Of a stretch of DNA of 64,000 nucleotides, positions 36,349 through 44,776 are shown one piece after another. The notes beneath the pieces are model-generated. The model saw nothing but the letters and a program-made list of their open reading frames with translations. It made no database searches and was not told where the DNA came from. Position 1 is the stretch's first letter. Every line of letters starts with the position of its first letter. Source of the DNA: a virus; IMG/VR virus record IMGVR_UViG_3300045988_131275, positions 32,001 through 96,000 of that record; one strand, written 5' to 3'. The translations under genes and the position numbers were made by a program.

Positions 36349-37302
36349 TTATCTCTGTAAAAATGGATTGTATGTAGTTGCAGGCGCAGGAGCTGGATTT
36401 TTCTCAAATCCTTCTGCTGTTTCTGTATGTACTGATTCTCCACTTTCAATCTCTTTGAGTTTTGCTTTTCTCTTTGATTTCAGAGTATCTACAATATCTT
36501 CTGTCAGATCATGTTCATAAATTGTTGATACCGCAATACCAGATTTAATTTCGTTTCTTTTGATATTTCTCTTTACTTTTTTAACAATGTCTGTTCCAAA
36601 TGCAGCCTTCTCAACTTCTTCTGTAATTTCAACAGTGTTAATTACAATACCTGTGAATTTAGTAAAGCATCCATCATAATACCCTGCACTACGGAAATCT
36701 GTAGCCATTGATTTATCAACAGTCATTCTAATTGGAATCAGGTGATCAGCTTCATATTTAGCATCTTTTCCAAATCCATCAACCATTTGACCAATAGCAT
36801 TCATTGTAACTACAAGATTTCCAGTAGGAACATCTTTAACAATCTCATCTGTAATTTTTTCTACAATTCCTTCTACTTCAAATTTAGCTTCCAGAACAGT
36901 GCTTTCATAATCTTTCGGCTCAATCTTATTAATAAATTTGGCATTAATTTTATTTGAAGATACTAATTTTCCATTAATCTTAAAGTCATTGTCAGTGAAT
37001 GTACCATCTGTAATAGATACAATATCTGGTGATTCTCCTTCTGAACAATGTTCAATATCTTTTAGATTATTTTTGGCATCCATATACTGTTTGTAGAAGT
37101 AACTTTCTTCTGTTGTAAACTCTTTATTTTCATTTTTCTTATATTTATTTGCATAAAAATTAATCTCATGTTCACTATTATCAGCAGTTCTTAATACAAT
37201 ACTTCCTCCGATTGCATCTACACCTTTTTTTGTTTTAAATTCTTCAATATTATTTTTTACAAGTTTTCCTGTTACTGTTACTAAATTCTTTAATTCCTTC
37301 AT
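36349..37302 (-). CDS. hypothetical protein, possibly an OB-fold ssDNA-binding protein
   Basis: 317 aa with an N-terminal VTVTGKLVKNNIEEFKTKKG..GGSIVLRT pattern typical of OB-fold SSBs. Its position in the recombination module supports this. The assignment is weak. Confidence 0.3.
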   Translation of the reverse strand: MKELKNLVTVTGKLVKNNIEEFKTKKGVDAIGGSIVLRTADNSEHEINFYANKYKKNENKEFTTEESYFYKQYMDAKNNLKDIEHCSEGESPDIVSITDGTFTDNDFKINGKLVSSNKINAKFINKIEPKDYESTVLEAKFEVEGIVEKITDEIVKDVPTGNLVVTMNAIGQMVDGFGKDAKYEADHLIPIRMTVDKSMATDFRSAGYYDGCFTKFTGIVINTVEITEEVEKAAFGTDIVKKVKRNIKRNEIKSGIAVSTIYEHDLTEDIVDTLKSKRKAKLKEIESGESVHTETAEGFEKNPAPAPATTYNPFLQR

Positions 37303-37378
37303 GTGTTTTTCTCCTTAACAATTGTTTTTTTTAATTTTAATTTGTTTATGATAAACGCCCTCTCGGACGGAACATGGA

Positions 37379-37408
37379 ATTAAATCTATAAGATAAATTC
37401 TATGTCAA
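37379..37408 (-). promoter_or_regulatory. sigma-A-like promoter upstream of the SSB-like gene
   Basis: On the - strand: TTGACA (37408-37403), an 18-nt spacer, then TTTAAT (37384-37379). Confidence 0.4.
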
Positions 37409-37550
37409 CAGTGATTTTTGAGTGCAAAATCTCAAGGGTATGCTGCTAACCACCCATATTTTATTTCTCTATTTAGTTTCAATTTATTTGGAAAATTCGA
37501 TTCGATTGAATCTATGAGATTTATTTCTCCGATGAAATTTGGATTTCCTG

Positions 37551-37844
37551 TTATCTATCTCTTTCAGATAATGTAATTGTATCAATGTTGACTCCAAGCA
37601 ATCTCTGTAATACCATTGGTGCTTCATCAATTAAAACTTTTTTACTTGTGAGTAATGATCCATTTTGAAATAATTCTTGCACTGTCATTGGTTCAGGAAT
37701 AGATATCCCAATTCTTTTCGCAATATCTTTAACGACACCTACTCCTGTATAATCTGCACATACAACTGGATATTGTGTAACATGACTTCTATGTACTAAA
37801 TACGTTGTCTTACCTTTTCCTCTTTCTAAATTACAAATTTCCAT
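37551..37844 (-). CDS. hypothetical protein with P-loop-like GKGKTT
   Basis: 97 aa ORF with ATGGAGGAAATTAAAT upstream of the ATG. Confidence 0.6.
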   Translation of the reverse strand: MEICNLERGKGKTTYLVHRSHVTQYPVVCADYTGVGVVKDIAKRIGISIPEPMTVQELFQNGSLLTSKKVLIDEAPMVLQRLLGVNIDTITLSERDR

Positions 37845-37883
37845 ATTTAATTTCCTCCATTTATATATTCTTTTTTATTATCT

Positions 37884-38198
37884 TTATTCACAATTTAATT
37901 CTTGTCTACCAAATATATCAAACCCAGTACATATTTCATTTAGTTCAGATGTATGTTTCTCAAGATAATCCATAATATCTTTGATAGCATACATATCACC
38001 AATTCCAATTACACTTGTTAATTTCTCTTTTGGAATATAAATTTCATATTCGTTGCTGTCGAATTTAATAGGAATTATACCTACATACTCTTTACAAATT
38101 AGATTGACTACAATTTCTGATGCTGAAATATGAACTTCTACATCGTGCAACTTATCGTTTTTTAGGATTTTTGTAATATCTTCTACTACGTTAATCAT
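37884..38198 (-). CDS. hypothetical protein
   Basis: 104 aa ORF abutting the upstream gene stop. Confidence 0.65.
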   Translation of the reverse strand: MINVVEDITKILKNDKLHDVEVHISASEIVVNLICKEYVGIIPIKFDSNEYEIYIPKEKLTSVIGIGDMYAIKDIMDYLEKHTSELNEICTGFDIFGRQELNCE

Positions 38199-38468
38199 TT
38201 ATTCTCCCTCGCATGATAATTTATATTCTGGTAATTCTCTGCATACAATACCTATATTACCACTATTATGTTTCATCTTTTTACAAGTAAACGTTGCATC
38301 TAAAATTTCATTGTTCCATAGTAGATCATCAATTTCTTTTATGTTCTTTTCAATGTCTGATTTGTACATACACACATCAGATTTCATACATTGGTTGCAT
38401 GGACTACAAGGTATAATCGCATCAACTAAGTGTCGATTATCTCCATTAAAAAGTGACTGTTTAATCAT
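38199..38468 (-). CDS. hypothetical Cys-rich protein
   Basis: 89 aa containing CSPCNQCMKSDVC. Confidence 0.65.
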   Translation of the reverse strand: MIKQSLFNGDNRHLVDAIIPCSPCNQCMKSDVCMYKSDIEKNIKEIDDLLWNNEILDATFTCKKMKHNSGNIGIVCRELPEYKLSCEGE

Positions 38469-38473
38469 AACTC

Positions 38474-38827
38474 TTATTCTCCTAACATTTTCTTTATATC
38501 CAGTACATCAACTTTCTGATAATGATATTCACATGGCGATTCAATATAACTTTTATTCAGTTTATCGTTTACATCATTTACGCAAAATACTGTACATCTA
38601 CTACCATGTCCACTACTATTGAAGTGAATTTCCGCTTTATTACATGTTTCTTCACCAGGTTCAAAATGATCTTTTCGACACTCAAAACACTTCACTGATG
38701 CTTTATATTTCTCATTCATCTCATCAACAAAATATTTTGCGGATTCTTCATCATATGTAATTCCATCTATTACTTCTCCGTATGAATGAGTGATTAGATA
38801 AGCAAATTCTTTTTCATTTTTAATCAT
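38474..38827 (-). CDS. hypothetical Cys-rich protein
   Basis: 117 aa containing CFECRK..C..HGSRCTVFC. Confidence 0.65.
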   Translation of the reverse strand: MIKNEKEFAYLITHSYGEVIDGITYDEESAKYFVDEMNEKYKASVKCFECRKDHFEPGEETCNKAEIHFNSSGHGSRCTVFCVNDVNDKLNKSYIESPCEYHYQKVDVLDIKKMLGE

Positions 38828-39011
38828 ATACTTCTCCCATAATCACCTTTGCTAACTTATCCCAATCCGAAGCATATTCTTCTTTTGATAGCTCATTTAA
38901 TACTTCTCCCATTAGTAAATGTGATATACCAGATTCTCTCGCAGCTTCAATTGCTGTTTTACCGTTAGTAATTAATTCTACAAATTTTGCGATTTTAATA
39001 TCTTTTATAAT
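38820..39011 (-). CDS. small helix-turn-helix-like protein with a non-ATG (ATT/ATA) start; absent from the ORF track
   Basis: 63 stop-free codons fill an otherwise empty 177-nt gap. KIAKFVELITNGKTAIEAARESGISHLLMGEVL looks like an HTH. AAAGGATGGTGAT precedes ATT 39011 / ATA 39008. The only in-frame ATG lies mid-ORF. Confidence 0.5.
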   Translation of the reverse strand: MIKDIKIAKFVELITNGKTAIEAARESGISHLLMGEVLNELSKEEYASDWDKLAKVIMGEVYD

Positions 39012-39412
39012 TTATCACCATCCTTTACAAATTCAAATTCTCCATTTGTATATGAATGTAACCTCCACCCTTTTACAGTTTCAAATCTATGAACATAATT
39101 TGGATGTCCATGTTTCTTTAGTATCTTTTTATTAATTCTCTTCTTTTTATGCCATCTACATGGAACAATTTTAGAGATTTTCATATCATATTTATCAGGA
39201 ATCTTAAATTTATCAATATCAAAAGCTTTATATATCTTTTGATAATCAGTAGATTCAGATACATCAATGCAAAATGAACCATTATATTTATCTAATCGTG
39301 ATGTATATTTTGTATTATATTCATACCTTAAATCACCATCTTGAATATTATTAATTTGCATAATCGGTTTATCACCATTCATTAAATACATTTCATTAAT
39401 TTCTTTATTCAA
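39005..39412 (-). CDS. hypothetical protein
   Basis: 135 aa, TTG start 8 nt after TAGGAG. Confidence 0.6.
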   Translation of the reverse strand: MNKEINEMYLMNGDKPIMQINNIQDGDLRYEYNTKYTSRLDKYNGSFCIDVSESTDYQKIYKAFDIDKFKIPDKYDMKISKIVPCRWHKKKRINKKILKKHGHPNYVHRFETVKGWRLHSYTNGEFEFVKDGDKL

Positions 39413-39432
39413 TTTTATTTCTCCTATGAAAT

Positions 39433-39945
39433 TCAGAATTTATCATCTTCTACTTCCCCAAATAGTTTCTTTACTTTATCCATATTATAATCAAACATAT
39501 TTTGTTTTACGCAAATGGTACATAAGTAAACAGGAGAATTAACTTCATCAATATGAGAACACATACAACAAGTATTGTTAATCGGCATTCTTGATTCAGG
39601 CGTTGGATATTTCTTTGACAATTTATCAAATTCTTCCAACTCTTTATTTCTCTCTTCGATCTTTTGTTTAATAATTCTTTCTCTTTGCTCATTGGTATAT
39701 TTATCCAACTGTTGTAGCTGATATTTTTTAGCTTCTTCTTTAGTAAAGAAAATGCTTTTACCTAATTCAGATACCTTATATGTTTCTTGAACACACAAGC
39801 ACCATTCCTGTTGTTTACCATATTGAACTCTACGGATCTTATATCTTACAATTCCTTGTACTGGAAAGATTAGATATACTGATTTACCAACAAGTTCTTC
39901 TATATCGGTAATTCCATTTTTAAGCAAATAATCATTACTATACAT
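39433..39945 (-). CDS. hypothetical protein with C-terminal Cys cluster
   Basis: 170 aa containing CCMCSH..LCTIC. Confidence 0.65.
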   Translation of the reverse strand: MYSNDYLLKNGITDIEELVGKSVYLIFPVQGIVRYKIRRVQYGKQQEWCLCVQETYKVSELGKSIFFTKEEAKKYQLQQLDKYTNEQRERIIKQKIEERNKELEEFDKLSKKYPTPESRMPINNTCCMCSHIDEVNSPVYLCTICVKQNMFDYNMDKVKKLFGEVEDDKF

Positions 39946-39946
39946 C

Positions 39947-40132
39947 TTATTTCTCCTTATGATATTCCTTGTCTAACCAATGAATACAATTTTCAATCGC
40001 AGCATCTTTATTACTGAACGTATATCCACTAGGACTACACCAAACTTCTGATTCATTAATCATAGTTCTATGAACAAAATATGGTGCAATTTCTTCAAGT
40101 GACATTGCTCTTAATCTATCTATATTTCTCAT
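39947..40132 (-). CDS. hypothetical protein
   Basis: 61 aa with GAGGTAAATT upstream of the ATG. Confidence 0.6.
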   Translation of the reverse strand: MRNIDRLRAMSLEEIAPYFVHRTMINESEVWCSPSGYTFSNKDAAIENCIHWLDKEYHKEK

Positions 40133-40266
40133 AATTTACCTCACATATTAGTTTCTATACCATGCCATTTCTTATGTTTATTCCAATTTCGAAATTCGAG
40201 ATTGCCAAAATGGATTCTTACTTCTATATTTGCCATACTTATTTCCCATTTCCTATTTATTTTGAA

Positions 40267-40333
40267 TGTGTAGGCAAGGAATTGAACCTTGCCATTCTAT
40301 ATTTCTCCATATAGAATCACACCATATCTACAC
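40267..40333 (-). other. tRNA-like structured element (canonical T-arm and acceptor-like stem, non-canonical remainder)
   Basis: - strand: GUGUAG(A)...CAAGG-UUCAAUU-CCUUG-CCUACAC-A. The T-arm has G53, U54, U55, C56, A58 and C61 equivalents and there is a 6-bp closing stem. The middle is an 8-bp stem with a 6-nt loop and there is no D-arm. Confidence 0.25.
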
Positions 40334-40335
40334 TA

Positions 40336-41277
40336 TTATTTCTCTGTTGCATCCACTACAGTTGTGCCTGCACCTTGTACAGTAACCCAACCATTCTTAT
40401 AATGCGCTTCGGCTTCTTTCATTCTGATAAGCTCATCAGTAATGGAAGAACTCAATTCTTTATTCGCCTTTGCTTGTGCTTCCGCTGCAATTCTAGTCTT
40501 TTCAGCATTGGCTTCCGCTTTAATTTTTGTTTTCTCTGCATCAGCTTGCGCTTTTGTAATCTCAATATTTGCATCTGCTTCGGCTTGTAACTGCTCAGTC
40601 TGTTTCTGTACTTTTACTTTTTCCTGTTCAGCTTGAGCCTGTTGCTTTTCCTGTAATGCAGTAACACGATTATCAATTGCTTTTTTTAATTTCTTATCTG
40701 GGTGAACATCAATAATAGACGCATCAAGAACTTCGATGCCGTATTTTTGAGAAAAGTCTTTATTTAGATATTCTGTAATAGCTTCATTGAGTTGCGCACG
40801 ATTACCAGAATAAATATCCATCATAGAATAATCTGTTGTAACCTCAGAAATTTTAGATTTAAGAACGGTTTTTACACGATTCTCTACAATATCTTCTCCG
40901 TCCATACCTTTAAATTTCTTATATGTATCAATTACTTGATCCTCAATATATCGGTATGTCATCTGGAAACTAATTGCAATACTTGCATCGTCAGAAGTCG
41001 CAACTTTAAATGAATCATCATCTTTACTACCTTCTCGACTATCTTTTGACAATACAAGAATTTCGTTACTTGTTGAAAATTCCTTAACTTTGTTCATTGG
41101 TGGAATAAAATGTGCGCCTGGTTTAAGAAGTTCATCTTTTACGCCATCCTTGTAGTTGTACGTAATCCCGACTTTACCAGTTGGAATTAAATCTACATGT
41201 GTTACTGTAAATCCTCCACCAATAATTGCTACCGCTGCTACTAAACCTACTACTAAATTCTTCATATTATTTATCAC
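40336..41277 (-). CDS. SPFH/band-7 (prohibitin/HflK-like) membrane protein
   Basis: N-terminal TM helix, an SPFH core (GKVGITYNY..KPGAHFIPPMNKV..) and an Ala/Gln/Glu/Lys-rich coiled-coil tail. Confidence 0.75.
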   Translation of the reverse strand: MINNMKNLVVGLVAAVAIIGGGFTVTHVDLIPTGKVGITYNYKDGVKDELLKPGAHFIPPMNKVKEFSTSNEILVLSKDSREGSKDDDSFKVATSDDASIAISFQMTYRYIEDQVIDTYKKFKGMDGEDIVENRVKTVLKSKISEVTTDYSMMDIYSGNRAQLNEAITEYLNKDFSQKYGIEVLDASIIDVHPDKKLKKAIDNRVTALQEKQQAQAEQEKVKVQKQTEQLQAEADANIEITKAQADAEKTKIKAEANAEKTRIAAEAQAKANKELSSSITDELIRMKEAEAHYKNGWVTVQGAGTTVVDATEK

Positions 41278-41456
41278 CTTTCTTCTTTCTTCATTTGATT
41301 TTTAATCTCTTTATAAACTTCTTTTTCAATATCAAAACTTTCATCTTGACGATTGATGTGCATTTCAATCTTATGAATTACTAACCAACCAATTGAAAAT
41401 ATGATAAGTGCGCCAATTGCAAATCCAATAGCACTTAACAAAAATATAACCCACAT
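41274..41456 (-). CDS. small membrane protein
   Basis: 60 aa with one TM helix (VIFLLSAIGFAIGALIIFSIGWLVI). The stop overlaps the SPFH start (ATGA). Confidence 0.6.
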   Translation of the reverse strand: MWVIFLLSAIGFAIGALIIFSIGWLVIHKIEMHINRQDESFDIEKEVYKEIKNQMKKEER

Positions 41457-41486
41457 ATATTTATCACCACCTTTCTAACATGTACA

Positions 41487-41789
41487 TCACTTATTCATTG
41501 TCAAAATCTTCTCAAAAATATTATGAGTTGCTACAAATTTCGATGCTAATACATCTGGTAATTTTGTTGATTCCATTCTCTTTAATGTATTCTTCATTCT
41601 ATACGCAAGTTCTTTCATGTTATCTAACAAGCGTTCCATTTCAGTAATATCTTTTGTTGCCAATGCACCAAGAAAAGCATCTTGTAATAGCATCACATCT
41701 TCATTTAATACATTAAATTCATCATCTTTAAGTAACTCACAATTATCTAATTTTTTAGCAAGAATCTCAAAATCTTTATTTATACCCAT
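41487..41789 (-). CDS. hypothetical protein
   Basis: I prefer ATG 41789 (GGGAGAATATC upstream) over the track start 41816. Confidence 0.6.
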   Translation of the reverse strand: MGINKDFEILAKKLDNCELLKDDEFNVLNEDVMLLQDAFLGALATKDITEMERLLDNMKELAYRMKNTLKRMESTKLPDVLASKFVATHNIFEKILTMNK

Positions 41790-41826
41790 GATATTCTCCC
41801 GTTTTTTAATTTTCATGAAACAAAGT

Positions 41827-42027
41827 TTAACTATTGTTTTTAATTGCTTCTAAAATTTTTTCTGATATTATTTTTGATTTTTTCATAAATATACTCCATC
41901 CTTCATAACTTCCGATACAACTATTACAATGCCAATCATTATCTTGTTCAAAATCAAATCTGCAATTTCCACAATATACATAATTTAATTCGTCATAAAT
42001 TATTTGTGCAATTTTATTTTTAAGCAT
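41827..42027 (-). CDS. hypothetical zinc-ribbon protein
   Basis: CGNCRF..HCNSC. The start is uncertain (ATG 42027 or TTG 42063). Confidence 0.55.
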   Translation of the reverse strand: MLKNKIAQIIYDELNYVYCGNCRFDFEQDNDWHCNSCIGSYEGWSIFMKKSKIISEKILEAIKNNS

Positions 42028-42529
42028 AATCTTCCTCTTCAAACTCAATTTCGCCTGATTCATAATCTTTAGAAACTACAACATAGTATTCTTTGTCACC
42101 ATCAAACCGATAAATATGTACTAAAGTATTGCCTGAACCAGTGAAGTAATAATACTCATCTTTATTTTCTCTAAAATATTCAATTCCTTGCTGAATCCAG
42201 TTATTAATTTCTCCATCTGAAATTTCGATAGCTTTAAAATCTTTACTTGCTACAGTAAAATGAGTTGGATATTTTACATTTGACGCACAAATATCAATAG
42301 CATCATCGTCAAATTCTTCAATATTCATCTCATAATTACAGCATGGACATGTTACATGTAACAGTCCTAAGTATCCTATATGAGTATCTTGCCTTGATAC
42401 TTCAAGAACTGATCCGCAATTTTCACATTCCAAATTTACTTTTTCTATTCTTGGGTTAGGTCTAATTGCTTGTGGTAACTGATGTGGATTTCTTGATTGA
42501 TTTTTATAATTATTTTGAATTACTTTCAT
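42020..42529 (-). CDS. hypothetical zinc-ribbon protein
   Basis: CENCGS..CPCC. I prefer ATG 42529 (GGAGGAACAGAGA upstream). Confidence 0.6.
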   Translation of the reverse strand: MKVIQNNYKNQSRNPHQLPQAIRPNPRIEKVNLECENCGSVLEVSRQDTHIGYLGLLHVTCPCCNYEMNIEEFDDDAIDICASNVKYPTHFTVASKDFKAIEISDGEINNWIQQGIEYFRENKDEYYYFTGSGNTLVHIYRFDGDKEYYVVVSKDYESGEIEFEEEDYA

Positions 42530-43121
42530 TCTCTGTTCCTCCATTTACTCCGTAATCTAAAATAAAACAATCATTCATTAACCTCTCACTAATGTATTTT
42601 CCATAAGACAATCGAAATAATTGATCCCCATATGGCTCTTTAACAGGATATGTTTCATGCTCCCATCCATTAATCTTATTTCTTATAATAATATCTGGAT
42701 AATCCTGTAAATACATTCGTCCAATCCATTCTGGTAAACAACTGCCCCAAGGGTAAATTGTCACAAATTTAATTTTTGCTTCATTAAGCCATTGTCTAAT
42801 TCTAATGTCGCTATCTACAAAAATAACATCTACTTTACCTATATTCTCTTTTATATATTGAATAAAATTATTTGGAAAATCTGGATTATCGACACTGATA
42901 ATTTGTTGTTTGAATTGATTTAGATGCCCTTCTACAGACATAAGATGTAGACTTGATTCCCACCGTTCGCGTTCTTTTTTAATTTCTTCTTCGTTTGGTA
43001 ATCGCTTTATTATCTTAAAATCATAAATATTTACATCCAATATATCATAATCTTTCATATGTTCACTTGCGTATGTCTTACCGCAGCATATATAAGCACT
43101 GATAATTAACGTATTTTTCAT
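42510..43121 (-). CDS. hypothetical P-loop protein
   Basis: N-terminal IISAYICCGKTY (Walker A-like). I prefer ATG 43121 (GGAGAGGAATATAAT upstream). Confidence 0.6.
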   Translation of the reverse strand: MKNTLIISAYICCGKTYASEHMKDYDILDVNIYDFKIIKRLPNEEEIKKERERWESSLHLMSVEGHLNQFKQQIISVDNPDFPNNFIQYIKENIGKVDVIFVDSDIRIRQWLNEAKIKFVTIYPWGSCLPEWIGRMYLQDYPDIIIRNKINGWEHETYPVKEPYGDQLFRLSYGKYISERLMNDCFILDYGVNGGTENESNSK

Positions 43122-43150
43122 ATTATATTCCTCTCCATGAAATGAAAATT

Positions 43151-43459
43151 TCAGACCCATTCATGCTCTCTTGATTCTGTCCATTTCTTAAAATCATCAA
43201 TTGTAAACTCTTCTGATTTAATATCATCACGCAATAATACAGTATAATGAGGTACATCTTCGTTTAAATTCTGGTCAAGGAAATCATTGATTACAGCAAA
43301 TGAATTATAAATACCTAATTTATATGCTTTCTTTTCGGATTCTGTCATACCAGTACAAACATTTACCTCTGTATCTTCTAATACTTTCTTATATGTATTA
43401 ATACTTTCTACTATCATCATAACTTCGTTTTCTTTTGTGTTTGTTCTATTCGATTTCAT
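43151..43459 (-). CDS. hypothetical protein
   Basis: I prefer ATG 43459 (GGGGA 8 nt upstream) over the track start 43483. Confidence 0.55.
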   Translation of the reverse strand: MKSNRTNTKENEVMMIVESINTYKKVLEDTEVNVCTGMTESEKKAYKLGIYNSFAVINDFLDQNLNEDVPHYTVLLRDDIKSEEFTIDDFKKWTESREHEWV

Positions 43460-43721
43460 ATAACGCATCCCCCAACTTCTCAATTTCTTCTCTCAGCTCA
43501 TCATTCTGCAAATCAAGAGCATTATTTTCATTTTGCAAATCTTCGTTTTCTTTTTCTAAATCATAAACTTTATCTAACAATTCCTGATATTCTTCATCGC
43601 TATGTATCGGTGTTAGCTTCTCAATCTCATCCGCCAAATCCGAATTGTAATAACTTCTTACAAGACAAGCAGCATCTTGAAGATCATTAACTTCTTCCCA
43701 ATTACCTTCAATCAGAATCAT
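43446..43721 (-). CDS. hypothetical acidic coiled-coil protein
   Basis: 91 aa containing LEKENEDLQNENNALDLQNDELREEIEKL. Confidence 0.6.
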   Translation of the reverse strand: MILIEGNWEEVNDLQDAACLVRSYYNSDLADEIEKLTPIHSDEEYQELLDKVYDLEKENEDLQNENNALDLQNDELREEIEKLGDALYEIE

Positions 43722-43891
43722 TTCATTTCTCCTTTAGACGACATATAAATAAACTGATTTTTAAATTCTTTGACCTCATCAGATGTTTTAAAAAATGGCT
43801 GTAAAATTTCATTTATTTCTTCTTCGTGTTCTACACACCAATTATCAAATGAATCATCTATAATTTTTAATTCTGTTCGTTTACCTCTCAT
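43718..43891 (-). CDS. small hypothetical protein (57 aa, below the track cutoff)
   Basis: ATG 43891. The stop overlaps the next ATG (ATGA). It fills an otherwise empty gap. Confidence 0.45.
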   Translation of the reverse strand: MRGKRTELKIIDDSFDNWCVEHEEEINEILQPFFKTSDEVKEFKNQFIYMSSKGEMK

Positions 43892-43894
43892 ACA

Positions 43895-44269
43895 TCATTC
43901 ACGCCACAATATTAATTCATCAAACTCAATTGAATACTTTGGAATATAGTTAATACCATAAGATTTCATATAATCTTCAATAGCATGTACACAATTTCTT
44001 CCAAACTTTTCTGCATTATTTCCATCCATAATCGCATGATATAGTAATTCTTCATAGTTTTTAATATGTTTATAATTTTTATAACTATAATCAGGGACTA
44101 AAATAAAACTTCTTATCTCTGGTGGAATCCCCATTTGAAAACCCTCTATATGTTGGAACGTAGGTTTCCCATTAATAGTAAATTCATTCTTTTCGTTCAT
44201 AAAATATTTCGTCTGAGAATTATCATAAAAACATAAAGATACTTTAATTCCACGTTTTATATAATCCAT
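43895..44269 (-). CDS. hypothetical protein
   Basis: 124 aa ORF. Confidence 0.65.
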   Translation of the reverse strand: MDYIKRGIKVSLCFYDNSQTKYFMNEKNEFTINGKPTFQHIEGFQMGIPPEIRSFILVPDYSYKNYKHIKNYEELLYHAIMDGNNAEKFGRNCVHAIEDYMKSYGINYIPKYSIEFDELILWRE

Positions 44270-44272
44270 ATA

Positions 44273-44446
44273 TCACTTCTCCATTTCATTAAGCAATTTC
44301 TCACAACGTTTGATATGATATATTAGTTTTCTATTTGTTCCTTTACTCATGTTTCCATAATGGAAACATCTATTATATCCAAGAATATCTTCTGCTAATT
44401 CCTTTGAATATTCTACAAATTGCTTTGTAACTTTAACATTATTCAT
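44273..44446 (-). CDS. small hypothetical protein (57 aa, below the track cutoff)
   Basis: ATG 44446, 7 nt after AAGGTGG. First gene after an intergenic region. Confidence 0.5.
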   Translation of the reverse strand: MNNVKVTKQFVEYSKELAEDILGYNRCFHYGNMSKGTNRKLIYHIKRCEKLLNEMEK

Positions 44447-44471
44447 CCATATACCACCTTATATGTGTCTT

Positions 44472-44528
44472 TTAAGGCATAGTTTGGTCAAAAATACACC
44501 TTAAAATACGTAATTTTTACGATGAAAG
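44472..44528. repeat. intergenic motif pair TTAAGGCATA ... TACGATGAAAG (copy 1)
   Basis: The 10-mer is at 44472-44481 and the 11-mer at 44518-44528 (36-nt spacing). The same ordered pair recurs at 48500-48553. Confidence 0.6.
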
Positions 44529-44544
44529 GGAACTTTTATCTGCT

Positions 44545-44769
44545 TTAAATTTCTCCCTTTGCTCCACAATTATCAGCAATAGTCCAATCGTCACATGCCA
44601 TGTTTTCAATAGTATATGTAATATCTTCTGAATCCCTGATGTTAATAATTTTCCCGTCATAACAATGCATCATAACTTCATTGCCATCCAGTTCCCACCA
44701 ACCTGTCCAATGTTTTCTTTTAATCTTGTGTCCTCTTTTAAGTGAAAATAATGCGCTTGCAAAATTCAT
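44545..44769 (-). CDS. DUF2829-family protein (Tad2-like candidate anti-Thoeris sponge)
   Basis: MNFASALFSLKRGHKIKRKHWTG.. and the C-terminal ..ACDDWTI match the DUF2829 pattern (F..AL.ALK.G.K..R..W ... DW.I). Confidence 0.55.
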   Translation of the reverse strand: MNFASALFSLKRGHKIKRKHWTGWWELDGNEVMMHCYDGKIINIRDSEDITYTIENMACDDWTIADNCGAKGEI

Positions 44770-44776
44770 AGTCTAC

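Noticed and set aside
37420-37480. A possible tRNA or other small RNA gene in the long 37303-37550 intergenic region (hairpin UUGAG-AUUUUGCA-CUCAA, GGGU..ACCC).
   Set aside because: The loop has 8 nt, and there are no T-arm, D-arm or acceptor pairings. The pieces do not assemble into a cloverleaf.
38990-39020. Programmed -1/+1 frameshifting from gene 39005..39412 into the HTH-like frame (38820..39011).
   Set aside because: There is no slippery heptamer. The target frame has TGA TAA immediately upstream, so a shift would have to occur within 2-3 codons. An SD-driven ATT/ATA start fits the pattern seen at the other loci.
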